Below are positions 49,533-57,840 of a stretch of DNA of 61,718 bases, in pieces; the first letter of the stretch is position 1; each line of letters begins with the position of its first letter. Below the pieces are notes generated by a model. That model was not told the DNA's origin and ran no database searches. It saw nothing but the letters and a program-made list of their open reading frames with translations. Location: the NCBI GenBank assembly GCA_023954375.1, contig JAMLIC010000006.1, positions 210,972 to 272,689 on the forward strand, written 5' to 3'. This stretch comes from Planctomycetota bacterium (GTDB lineage Bacteria; Planctomycetota; J058). Made by a program: the position numbers and the translations under genes.

Positions 49533-50663
49533 ATGGCCAAGGCAGTCGACATCGGCACCTGCTTCATCGTGGGGGCCCGCCTCGAGCAGGGCAAGGAGGT
49601 GTTCCAGATCGAGCGGGACGCCTTCTTCTCCATGCCGCGCGAGGACTTCGCCGAGGAGATGCTCCACGACGCGGGCGCCAAGTTCGTCATCCGCGGCAAC
49701 GAGCTCTACGTCGTCGGCGAGGACGCGCTCAAGTACTGCATGATCACCGGCAAGCAGGAGTTCTACCGCCGGCCCATGCAGAAGGGCGTCCTCAACCCGG
49801 GCGAGGAGGAGGCGATCCCGCTGCTCGAGCGCCTGATCGAGGGCATCATCGGCAAGCCCGAGCACCCGGGCGAGGTGATCGCCGCCACGATCCCCGCCGC
49901 GCCGCTCGACGCCAACCTCGACGTGACCTTCCACAAGATCGTCGTCGAGCGCTTCCTGAGGAAGCTCGGCTACGACGTGCGGATCCTCAACGAGGCGCTG
50001 GCGATCATCTACGCCGAGTGCCCGCAGGTCGAGGACAACGGCACGAAGGCGCCGTTCTCGGGCGTGGGCGTCTCCTTCGGCGCCGGCATGACGAACCTCG
50101 TCGTCTCGTGGCGCGCCAAGAAGCTGTTCGAGATCTCGGTCGCGCGCGGCGGCGACTGGATCGACCAGAGCGTCTCCAAGGTGCGCAACGTCCCCGTGGG
50201 GAAGGTGACGCACGAGAAGGAGAAGAACCTCGACCTGCGCCGCGTCGACCCGCGCAACGCCCTGCACCTGGGCCTCGAGATCTACTACGACGAGCTGATC
50301 CGGCACGTCCTGCGCGAGTTCCGGGCGCACTTCAAGACGAACCAGACGACGGTCACGAGCCCGCTCGACGTGGTCGTCGCCGGCGGGACCTCGTCGGTGC
50401 CCGGGTTCATCGACCTGTTCAAGCGCATCCTCGAGGAGGAGGGCGCGCCGATCCCGGTCAACGACGTGCGCATGGCCAAGGACCCGCTGCGCACGGTCGC
50501 CAAGGGCGCGCTGGTCGCCGCGGTCTCCATGGAGAAGAAGAAGAAGTCGGACAAGCCGGGCGCGCCGGCGGCGCCGCCGGCCCAGGCGGCGCAGGCCGCG
50601 CCGGCGCCGGCCGCGCCGCCGACGCCCAGCGCGGACGTGATCGACATCGAGGCCGGGGTCTAG
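49533..50663 (+). CDS. actin-like ATPase (ASKHA superfamily; MreB/ParM/actin-type)
   Basis: Phosphate-1 AVDIGTCFIV, phosphate-2 GVSFGAGMTNLVV, adenosine VVAGGTSSVPGF, connect-2 DPLRTVAKGAL. Ala/Pro-rich C-terminal tail. Confidence 0.7.
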   Translation: MAKAVDIGTCFIVGARLEQGKEVFQIERDAFFSMPREDFAEEMLHDAGAKFVIRGNELYVVGEDALKYCMITGKQEFYRRPMQKGVLNPGEEEAIPLLERLIEGIIGKPEHPGEVIAATIPAAPLDANLDVTFHKIVVERFLRKLGYDVRILNEALAIIYAECPQVEDNGTKAPFSGVGVSFGAGMTNLVVSWRAKKLFEISVARGGDWIDQSVSKVRNVPVGKVTHEKEKNLDLRRVDPRNALHLGLEIYYDELIRHVLREFRAHFKTNQTTVTSPLDVVVAGGTSSVPGFIDLFKRILEEEGAPIPVNDVRMAKDPLRTVAKGALVAAVSMEKKKKSDKPGAPAAPPAQAAQAAPAPAAPPTPSADVIDIEAGV

Positions 50664-50694
50664 GCCTCCCAGGGCGCGGGGCGGAAGGGGCTGC

Positions 50695-52755
50695 ATGAGC
50701 GCGAACGGCGTGGAGCGCGAGGACGGCGGGCTCGAGGTCATCATCGAGCCCGACGTCGTCCCCCGCGGGACCGTCGACCTGCGGGCGATCATCGGCGGCG
50801 CGCGGGCGGACGGCCGCCCGCGCGAGACGCACACGGCGCGCGGCCGGCGCGAGGCGGTCCTCGCGCAGGTCGCGGCCGCGCACGTCGCGCCGCCGCCGGC
50901 GCTCGTCGCCGCCGCGCCCGTCGTCGCCGCCGCCGTCGCGCCGGCCGTCGCCGCCGAGCCGGAGCCGGAGCCGGCCGAGCCGGAGCCGGCCGAGCCGGCC
51001 CCCGAGGAGGGCCTCCTGGCCGAGGCCCTCCCCGACCTCCCGCCCGAGCCCGCGTCGCCGACGCTCATGGCCCTCGAGGCGGCCGCCAAGGCGCCGATCC
51101 CGCCGCGCCCGGACGCGGCCCTGGCGGCCGACGCCCCCGACCCCCACCCGGAGCCCGAGGCGCCGCCGGTCAGCCTGGGCGAGGTCTCGGCGTTCAGCAC
51201 GCTCGCCAAGCTCCTGGCGCAGCTCCTGGCCCTGCTCCTGTGCCTGATCGCCCTCTACCTGCACCTCATGGGCCTGGCGCCCTGGCAGGAGCAGCGCGGG
51301 GCGGAGCCCGCCGCGATGGCCCCGGCCGCGCCGAGCGGCGAGGCCCCGCGGGTCGACACGGTCCCCGTCACGCCGCCGCCGGCGGCCGAGCCCGAGCCGT
51401 CGCCCGAGCCGGCGCCCGAGCCCGAGCCGGCGCCTCCCGCCGACCCCGCGCCGGAGCCCGAGGTCGAGGCGGCCGCGCCGCCGGCGCCCTCGGCGCCCTC
51501 GCTCGAGGACCTGCGCGCGCTCCTGGCCGAGGCCGAGACCGGCGCCGAGCTGGGCGTCGAGGAGGACGCGCCCGGGCTCCTCGCGCGGATCGAGGGCCTG
51601 CGGGCCCGGGCGGCGCGGCTGATCGACAGGGGCGAGCTCGACGAGGCGGCCGAGGTCCTGCGCGAGCTGATCGGCCTGGCCCCGGAGGACGGCGACGCCT
51701 ACTTCCGCCTGGGCTACGTCCACCACCGCAAGGGCGACCTGGACGAGGCGGCCGCCCGCTACCGCGGCGCCGCCGAGCGCTCGCCGCGCGACCCGCGGCC
51801 CCTGAACAACCTGGGCCTCATCCAGACCGGGCGCGGCGAGCGCGACGCCGCGAAGGCGACCTACGCCAGGGCGCTCGACCTCGCGCCCGACGACCCGGAC
51901 GTGCTGTCGAACCTCGCCGCCCTGCTCGAGGCCAACGCGCCGACCCAGGCCCATCCGCTCTACGAGAAGGCGCTCGAGCGCGACCCGCGCCACGCGCCCG
52001 CCCGCCTGGGCCGCGCCCGCGTGCGCGCCGCGGTCGGCGACCGCCAGGGCGCCCGCGCCGACTACCAGGCGCTGGTCGACCAGGGCGGCCCGCACGCGCA
52101 CCGCGCGCTCGACGGCCTGGGCGTCCTGGCCCGGATCGAGGGCGATGCGCGCGCCGCCGCCGCCCTCCACCGCCAGGCGCTCGAGCGCACGCCCGCCTTC
52201 GCCGAGGCGCGCGTGAACCTCGGGGTCGCGCTCCTCGACCTCGGGCGCGACGACGAGGCCCGCAAGGAGCTCGACGATGCGGTCAAGGCGCTGCCGAGGA
52301 GCCCGCGCGCGTGGCAGGCGCTGGGCGTGGCGCGCTCGCGCCTGGGCATGCTCTACGAGGCCAAGGAGGCCTACGAGGCGGCGATCAAGCTCGACGGCGA
52401 CGACTGGGCCACCCGCTTCGACTACGCGCTCTGCGCCGAGCAGTTCGGCAACATCCTCTTCGCCATGCGCGAGTACGAGCGCTCGATCGCGCTCAACCCG
52501 ACCGCCTGGCAGCCCTACGCCAACCTCGCTCGCCTCTACGTGCGCGGCGACCAGCGGCAGAAGGCGATCGAGCTCCTCACGCGCGGGCTCGAGGTGATGC
52601 CCCGTCAGCCCGACCTGACCTACGCGCTGGCGCACGCGCTGGCGCTCGAGGGGCGCGACGCCGAGGCGCGCGCCCGGCTGCGCCAGTTCCTGGCCGTGGC
52701 GCCGGCGAGCGACCCGCGGGTCGAGGTCGTGCGGCGCGGGCTGGGCGGGTCGTGA
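50695..52755 (+). CDS. TM protein with a Pro/Ala/Glu-rich linker and multiple C-terminal TPR repeats
   Basis: TM helix LLAQLLALLLCLIALYLHLMGL. At least six TPR-like units in the C-terminal half. Confidence 0.6.
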   Translation: MSANGVEREDGGLEVIIEPDVVPRGTVDLRAIIGGARADGRPRETHTARGRREAVLAQVAAAHVAPPPALVAAAPVVAAAVAPAVAAEPEPEPAEPEPAEPAPEEGLLAEALPDLPPEPASPTLMALEAAAKAPIPPRPDAALAADAPDPHPEPEAPPVSLGEVSAFSTLAKLLAQLLALLLCLIALYLHLMGLAPWQEQRGAEPAAMAPAAPSGEAPRVDTVPVTPPPAAEPEPSPEPAPEPEPAPPADPAPEPEVEAAAPPAPSAPSLEDLRALLAEAETGAELGVEEDAPGLLARIEGLRARAARLIDRGELDEAAEVLRELIGLAPEDGDAYFRLGYVHHRKGDLDEAAARYRGAAERSPRDPRPLNNLGLIQTGRGERDAAKATYARALDLAPDDPDVLSNLAALLEANAPTQAHPLYEKALERDPRHAPARLGRARVRAAVGDRQGARADYQALVDQGGPHAHRALDGLGVLARIEGDARAAAALHRQALERTPAFAEARVNLGVALLDLGRDDEARKELDDAVKALPRSPRAWQALGVARSRLGMLYEAKEAYEAAIKLDGDDWATRFDYALCAEQFGNILFAMREYERSIALNPTAWQPYANLARLYVRGDQRQKAIELLTRGLEVMPRQPDLTYALAHALALEGRDAEARARLRQFLAVAPASDPRVEVVRRGLGGS

Positions 52756-52758
52756 GGC

Positions 52759-52833
52759 TCACCACGGAGGACACGGAGGACACGGAGGAAGACGCTCTCC
52801 GTGTCCTCCGTGTCCTCCGTGGTGAATGGTGAC
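52759..52833. terminator. ~28-bp perfect-stem palindrome containing three ggaggacac direct repeats per arm; candidate intrinsic terminator/attenuator between the cluster and the histidine kinase gene
   Basis: ccacggaggacacggaggacacggagga / tccgtgtcctccgtgtcctccgtgg. No U-tract follows it. Confidence 0.45.
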
Positions 52834-52853
52834 GGACGGGGAGAGGGGGGCGG

Positions 52854-54665
52854 ATGACGATCGGCCACATCCCGCCGCCCGGCCGGGCGCAGGCGAGCCT
52901 GCTCGCCCGCGTCGTCGCGCTCATCGGCCTGGCCTTCTTCGTCATCGAGCTGGCCGTCCTCGGCGTCTTCACCGCCGGCTACTGGGTGTGGCTCACCGGG
53001 CACCGCGAACAGGCGCTCGGCGCCCACGCGTCGCGCGTGCGCGAGCACGTGCGCCAGGCGCTGCTCGAGCGCGAGAACCCGCACGCGGGCGTCGACGTGG
53101 ACGCGGAGCTCCTGCAGGCCCTGCGCTCGGGGCAGGGACAGGCGCCGGGTGAGGGGAGCCCGCTGCCGGCCAACCTCGAGCCCGACGCGCCGATCGACGC
53201 CTGGGTGCTCACGCGCTCGGGCGAGGTGCTGCGCTTCGCCGGCGGACAGCTCACGGCCGCCGACTCGGCCGCGTGGCCGGGCGCGCGCTGGCCGGAGGGC
53301 GTCCGGCGCCGGATCGAGGAGCTGTTCCTCGGCCGCGACGTCGCCGCCTTCTTCCAGGTCTCGCTCCCGGTCGACGCCCTCGTGCCGCGGACCATGGCGC
53401 GGGCCGAGCCGATCGTCACCGGCGGCCAGGGGCAGCCCGACGCCGTCCTCTGGCTCGACGCGTCGCTCGCCGACCTCCACCGGCAGGTCGCCACCTACGG
53501 CCTCGTCGCCTTCGGCAGCGGGGCCGTGGCGCTGTTCATCACGGCCATGGTCGTCCTGCACTACCTGCGCCGCGCGCTCCTCCTGCCGCTCTCGCGCCTG
53601 ATCGCGGCCGACAACGCCGCGCGGCGCGGCGACGAGGAGCACGCCGTGATCGACGAGGGGGACATCCCGGACGACGAGGTGGGCGCGATCATGCGCAGCC
53701 GCAACCACCTGTTCCTCGCCATGGTGAAGGGCCGCCGCGACCTCGACGAGAAGAACGCGATCCTCGCCCGGCAGGGCGAGGAGCTGCGCGCCTGGGGCGA
53801 GCAGCTCGAGCGGCTCGTCGAGCAGAAGACGTCGGCGCTCCTGCGCGCGAAGGACCGGCTGCACCGGACGGAGAAGCTGGCGGCGCTCGGGCGCCTCGCC
53901 GCGAACGTGGCCCACGAGATCAACAACCCGCTGGCGACCATCGCCGGCTACGCCGAGGAGGCGCGCGACGCGCTCGACGGCGCCGACCCCGAGCTGGCGC
54001 AGGCGCTGAAGACGATCGAGGACCAGGCGTTCCGCTGCAAGGAGATCCTCAAGCGCCTGCTGGGCCTGGCGCGCAGCGACCAGCTCGAGCTCGAGGAGGT
54101 GGCCCTGCGCCGGCTCGCCCGCGAGTCGGTCCACCTGGCCGAGGCGGCCGCCCGGCGGCGCGGGGTCACGGTGAGGGTCGACCCGGCGCCGTCCGGCGAG
54201 GACCCGGACGGGCCGACGGTGCGCTCGGACGCGGCCTCGCTCCAGCAGGCGATCCTGAACCTCGTCGAGAACGCGATCGACGCCGCCGCCGAGCGCAAGG
54301 GCGCGGCCCCCTGGGTGCGCGTGGCCGTGCGCGAGGCCGGCGCGGAGGTGCGCCTCGTCGTCACCGACAGCGGGCCCGGGGTGCCGCCGGCCCTGCGGGC
54401 GCGGGTGTTCGACCCCTTCTACACGACCAAGCCCGTCGGCCGCGGCACGGGGCTCGGCCTGGCGATCAGCCAGTCGCTCGTCGAGCGCCTCGGCGGGCGG
54501 GTCACGCTCGAGGAGGACCCGTCCGGCGGGGCGGCCTTCGTGATCCACCTGCCGCGGCGGCCGCGCGAGTCGGGGCGGGCGCCGCGGGCCGCGGGTGACG
54601 CCAGCGACCTGCTCGAGGCGCAGCTGCGCGTGGCCGGCGCGGGCGCCGCGGATCCGGACCTGTGA
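52854..54665 (+). CDS. sensor histidine kinase (two TM helices, HisKA, HATPase_c)
   Basis: H-box HEINNPLATI. N/G1/G2 boxes NLVENAID, DSGPGV, GTGLGLAIS. Confidence 0.85.
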   Translation: MTIGHIPPPGRAQASLLARVVALIGLAFFVIELAVLGVFTAGYWVWLTGHREQALGAHASRVREHVRQALLERENPHAGVDVDAELLQALRSGQGQAPGEGSPLPANLEPDAPIDAWVLTRSGEVLRFAGGQLTAADSAAWPGARWPEGVRRRIEELFLGRDVAAFFQVSLPVDALVPRTMARAEPIVTGGQGQPDAVLWLDASLADLHRQVATYGLVAFGSGAVALFITAMVVLHYLRRALLLPLSRLIAADNAARRGDEEHAVIDEGDIPDDEVGAIMRSRNHLFLAMVKGRRDLDEKNAILARQGEELRAWGEQLERLVEQKTSALLRAKDRLHRTEKLAALGRLAANVAHEINNPLATIAGYAEEARDALDGADPELAQALKTIEDQAFRCKEILKRLLGLARSDQLELEEVALRRLARESVHLAEAAARRRGVTVRVDPAPSGEDPDGPTVRSDAASLQQAILNLVENAIDAAAERKGAAPWVRVAVREAGAEVRLVVTDSGPGVPPALRARVFDPFYTTKPVGRGTGLGLAISQSLVERLGGRVTLEEDPSGGAAFVIHLPRRPRESGRAPRAAGDASDLLEAQLRVAGAGAADPDL

Positions 54666-55681
54666 GCCCGCGCGCCTGCAGCGCGGCGGCCGTCGGCGCG
54701 GCGGTCCTCGGCGCGGCGGTGGGGGCCGTCGGCCTCCTGCCGGCCACGGCGCAGGAGCGCCGGGTCGCCGACGAGCCGGCCCGGCCGAAGGAGCTCGTCA
54801 GCTTCCTCACGGGGGACCCCGACGACCTCGAGGTCGCGCCGGCCGGCCCGGCGCTCCTGCTCATGGGCGGCGGGCGCGACGTCGACCACGCCTTCGCCTG
54901 GTTCCGCGACCAGGCGCGCGGCGGCGACATCGTCGTCCTGCGCACCTCCGGCGCCGACGGCTACAACGCCTACCTCTACCAGCAGATCGGCGGCGTCGAC
55001 AGCGTCGAGACCCTCCTCGTGACCACGCGGGCGCTCGCCGACAGCCCCTGGGTGGCGCGCCGCATCGAGGAGGCCGAGGGCGTGTTCATCGCCGGCGGCG
55101 ACCAGGCGACCTACGTGCGCGCCTGGAAGGGGACGGCGCTGGAGCGGGCCCTGCACGCCGCCTGGCGGCGCGGGGCGGCGCTCGGCGGGACGAGCGCCGG
55201 CGCGGCGATCCTGGGGCAGTTCAGCTACGCGGCGCTGCACGGCTCGCTCACCTCGGGCGCGGCGCTGCGCGACCCCTTCACGCGCGACCTGACGCTCGAG
55301 CGCGAGTTCCTGCGCCTGTCGTTCCTCGAGGGGGCCGTGGTCGACACCCACTTCGGCCGGCGCGACCGCGAGGGGCGCCTGCTCGCGTTCCTCGCCCGGC
55401 TGATGGCCGACGGCTGGCACGAGCGCCCGCTGGGGATCGGCCTCGACGAGGAGACGGCCCTGGCGATCGGCCGCGGCGGCAAGGCGCGCGTGTTCGGCAA
55501 GGGCGCGGTGACGCTCTATCGCCCCCACGGCCCGCCCGCGGTGTGCGAGCCCGGGCGCGCCCTGCGCCTCGAGGGGGTCGGCGCGTGGACGCTCCGGCGC
55601 AACGACACGCTCGACCTCCCTGCGGGGCCGGGCGGTCCGCCGCCGCGGCGTGTGGCGGCCGCCGACGGCGCGGTCCGTTAG
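54662..55681 (+). CDS. secreted peptidase S51 / cyanophycinase-like protein
   Basis: GGDQATY...GTSAGAAILG Ser-nucleophile region. Signal peptide. GTG overlapping the kinase stop. Confidence 0.6.
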   Translation: MSPRACSAAAVGAAVLGAAVGAVGLLPATAQERRVADEPARPKELVSFLTGDPDDLEVAPAGPALLLMGGGRDVDHAFAWFRDQARGGDIVVLRTSGADGYNAYLYQQIGGVDSVETLLVTTRALADSPWVARRIEEAEGVFIAGGDQATYVRAWKGTALERALHAAWRRGAALGGTSAGAAILGQFSYAALHGSLTSGAALRDPFTRDLTLEREFLRLSFLEGAVVDTHFGRRDREGRLLAFLARLMADGWHERPLGIGLDEETALAIGRGGKARVFGKGAVTLYRPHGPPAVCEPGRALRLEGVGAWTLRRNDTLDLPAGPGGPPPRRVAAADGAVR

Positions 55682-57726
55682 TCCAACACGTCGCGAACGA
55701 CGCGCAGGCCGACGACCTCGAGGAGCCACGGGTGCTCCGGCGAGTAGCCGAGGCGCCGCGCGGTCCGGCACGTGGTCGGGACGACGTAGGCCGCGTCGCC
55801 GAGCACGGGTCGCCCCGCCTCCTCCATCGCGCGGCCGAACGCCTCGAACGACCAGAAGCCGCCGCGGAGGACCTGCAGGGCGTCGCCGCCCCGGGGGTCC
55901 ATGTGCTCGCTGCCCGGCGCGGGCACGAAGTCGTCATCGACCCACTCCGTCACGTTCCCGGCCATGTCGAGGCAGCCGAAGGGGGACACGTCGCCGGGCG
56001 TGGCCCCGCACGGGCGCGGCCCGTCGGTGCCGACGTTCGTCCTGTCGGCCGCGAAGTCGTTGCCCCAGGGGTAGACCAGGCCCTCGGGGCCGCGCGCGGC
56101 GAACTCCCACTCCGCGCTCGTGGGCAGGCGCCCTCCGGCCCACGCGGCGTAGGCGCGCGCGGCCTCGCGCGTCACGTGCGTCGCGGGCAGGGCCGAGTCG
56201 CCGGCAGGCCAGGCGGGAGGCGAGCGGCGCTCGGCCTTCGAGAATTGCAGCCACTGCGCGCGCGTGACCTCCGCCTTGCCGATCAAGTACCCGCGCGTGA
56301 GCTCGACGTTCGGCGCCCCGTCGGCGTAGGCCTTCGGGGTCGCCATGTAGAACCGCCCGGGGGGGACGAAGAGGAGCACCGACCCGTCCACCTCGTTGAG
56401 GTACTCGCCGTCGATGCGGGTCAGCCGCACCCGCGGCGGCGGCGCTGGCCACGCGTGGCCGTCGGCGCGTCGGCCCCAGCGCACGACCTCGAGGGGCACC
56501 TCCAGACGCTGCCCGCCGCGCTCGGCGAAGGCGGTGATCCGCCGCAGGCCGGGCTCGACGGCGCGGGCGACCAGGCGCACGGGGGGCGCGCCGGCGCGCG
56601 CCTGCGCGGGGGCGCCGCCGCCGACGATCCCCACCGTCACGGGCCCGAGGTCGTCGCCGCGGACCGCGCAGAAGACCTCGACCTCCTCGCCGAGGACCGC
56701 CTCGGGCGCGCTCACGTCGAGCTCGAACCGCCCGGCGGCGACGGCGTCGCTGACGGGCGGCGGCGGCGGGTCGCGCAACGCCAGCGCCGCCACGAGCCCG
56801 ACCGAGAGCGCCGCCGCGGGCAGGCCGGCCGCCGCGAGGGCGTGGCGCCGGCGCGCGCGCCGGCGCTGGCCGACGATCAGCTCGACCTTGCCCCCGGCCC
56901 AGGTGGGCGCCCCCCGCAGCCAGCGGTCGAGGTCGTCGCGCAGGTCGCGCGCGGTCGCGTGGCGGCGCGCCGGGTCCTTGGCCATGGCGACGCGGCACAC
57001 CGCCTCCAGCTCCGGCGGCACCTGCGGGCGGTCCTCCGACGGCCAGCGCGGCTCCTCCGTCATCACGCGGGTGAGGACGCGCATCTGATTCGTGCCCTCG
57101 AAGGGGGCCCGCCCGGAGAGGAGCGCGAAGAGGAGCGCGCCGAGGCCGTAGACGTCCGAGCGCTCGTCGCTCGAGCCGCCCGCCTGCTCGGGCGCCATGT
57201 AGGCGGGGGTGCCGACCACCTCGCCCGTGAGGGTGAGCCGGCGCCCGCCGAGCTCCCGCGCCAGGCCGAAGTCGAGGAGCACCGGCGTGTCGTCGGGCTG
57301 GAGGAGCACGTTCTCGGGCTTGATGTCGCGGTGCAGGATCCCGTGGGCGTGCACGACCGTCAGCGCGTCGGCGAGGTCGCGCACGATCCGCGCCGCGCGC
57401 GTCGCGTCGAGCGGGCCCTCGAGGAGGTGGGCGCGGAGCGAGTCGCCCTCGACGAGGTCGGTGACCAGGTAGGGCCCGCCGGCGGCGCGCCCGTAGGCGT
57501 GGACGACGAGGACGTTCTTGTGCCGGACCTGCGCCAGGAGCTGCGCCTCGCGCTCGAAGCGCTGCAAGGCGTCCTCGTCGGCGACCCCCTCCAGGATCAG
57601 CTTGAGCGCCAGGCGGCGGGGGACGTCGGGGTGCGAGACCTCGTAGACCGCGCCCATGCCGCCGCGCCCGACCTCGCGCACGACCCGGTAGGGTCCGAAG
57701 GCCGACACGCCGGGCACGGGCTTCAT
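55678..57726 (-). CDS. Ser/Thr protein kinase with a C-terminal FGE-sulfatase (SUMF1-like) domain
   Basis: Kinase motifs VGRGGMGAVY, HRDIKPEN, DFGLAR. C-terminal formylglycine-generating-enzyme-like region (WEFAARG...YPWGN...GGFWS). Confidence 0.85.
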   Translation of the reverse strand: MKPVPGVSAFGPYRVVREVGRGGMGAVYEVSHPDVPRRLALKLILEGVADEDALQRFEREAQLLAQVRHKNVLVVHAYGRAAGGPYLVTDLVEGDSLRAHLLEGPLDATRAARIVRDLADALTVVHAHGILHRDIKPENVLLQPDDTPVLLDFGLARELGGRRLTLTGEVVGTPAYMAPEQAGGSSDERSDVYGLGALLFALLSGRAPFEGTNQMRVLTRVMTEEPRWPSEDRPQVPPELEAVCRVAMAKDPARRHATARDLRDDLDRWLRGAPTWAGGKVELIVGQRRRARRRHALAAAGLPAAALSVGLVAALALRDPPPPPVSDAVAAGRFELDVSAPEAVLGEEVEVFCAVRGDDLGPVTVGIVGGGAPAQARAGAPPVRLVARAVEPGLRRITAFAERGGQRLEVPLEVVRWGRRADGHAWPAPPPRVRLTRIDGEYLNEVDGSVLLFVPPGRFYMATPKAYADGAPNVELTRGYLIGKAEVTRAQWLQFSKAERRSPPAWPAGDSALPATHVTREAARAYAAWAGGRLPTSAEWEFAARGPEGLVYPWGNDFAADRTNVGTDGPRPCGATPGDVSPFGCLDMAGNVTEWVDDDFVPAPGSEHMDPRGGDALQVLRGGFWSFEAFGRAMEEAGRPVLGDAAYVVPTTCRTARRLGYSPEHPWLLEVVGLRVVRDVLD

Positions 57727-57840
57727 GCGGGCAGGATACCTCTCGGTCCCCCGGGCGGCACGAGGTCGCCCCGGCCGTGGCGTGCAGGGGACGTCGTGGT
57801 TATCACCACGTTGCAGGATCTCTCTCCCCCCAGGGGGCCG

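Noticed and set aside
48627-52635. 860-aa and 725-aa minus-strand ORFs across the plus-strand cluster
   Set aside because: Antisense to eleven well-supported plus-strand genes. Composition is junk-like.
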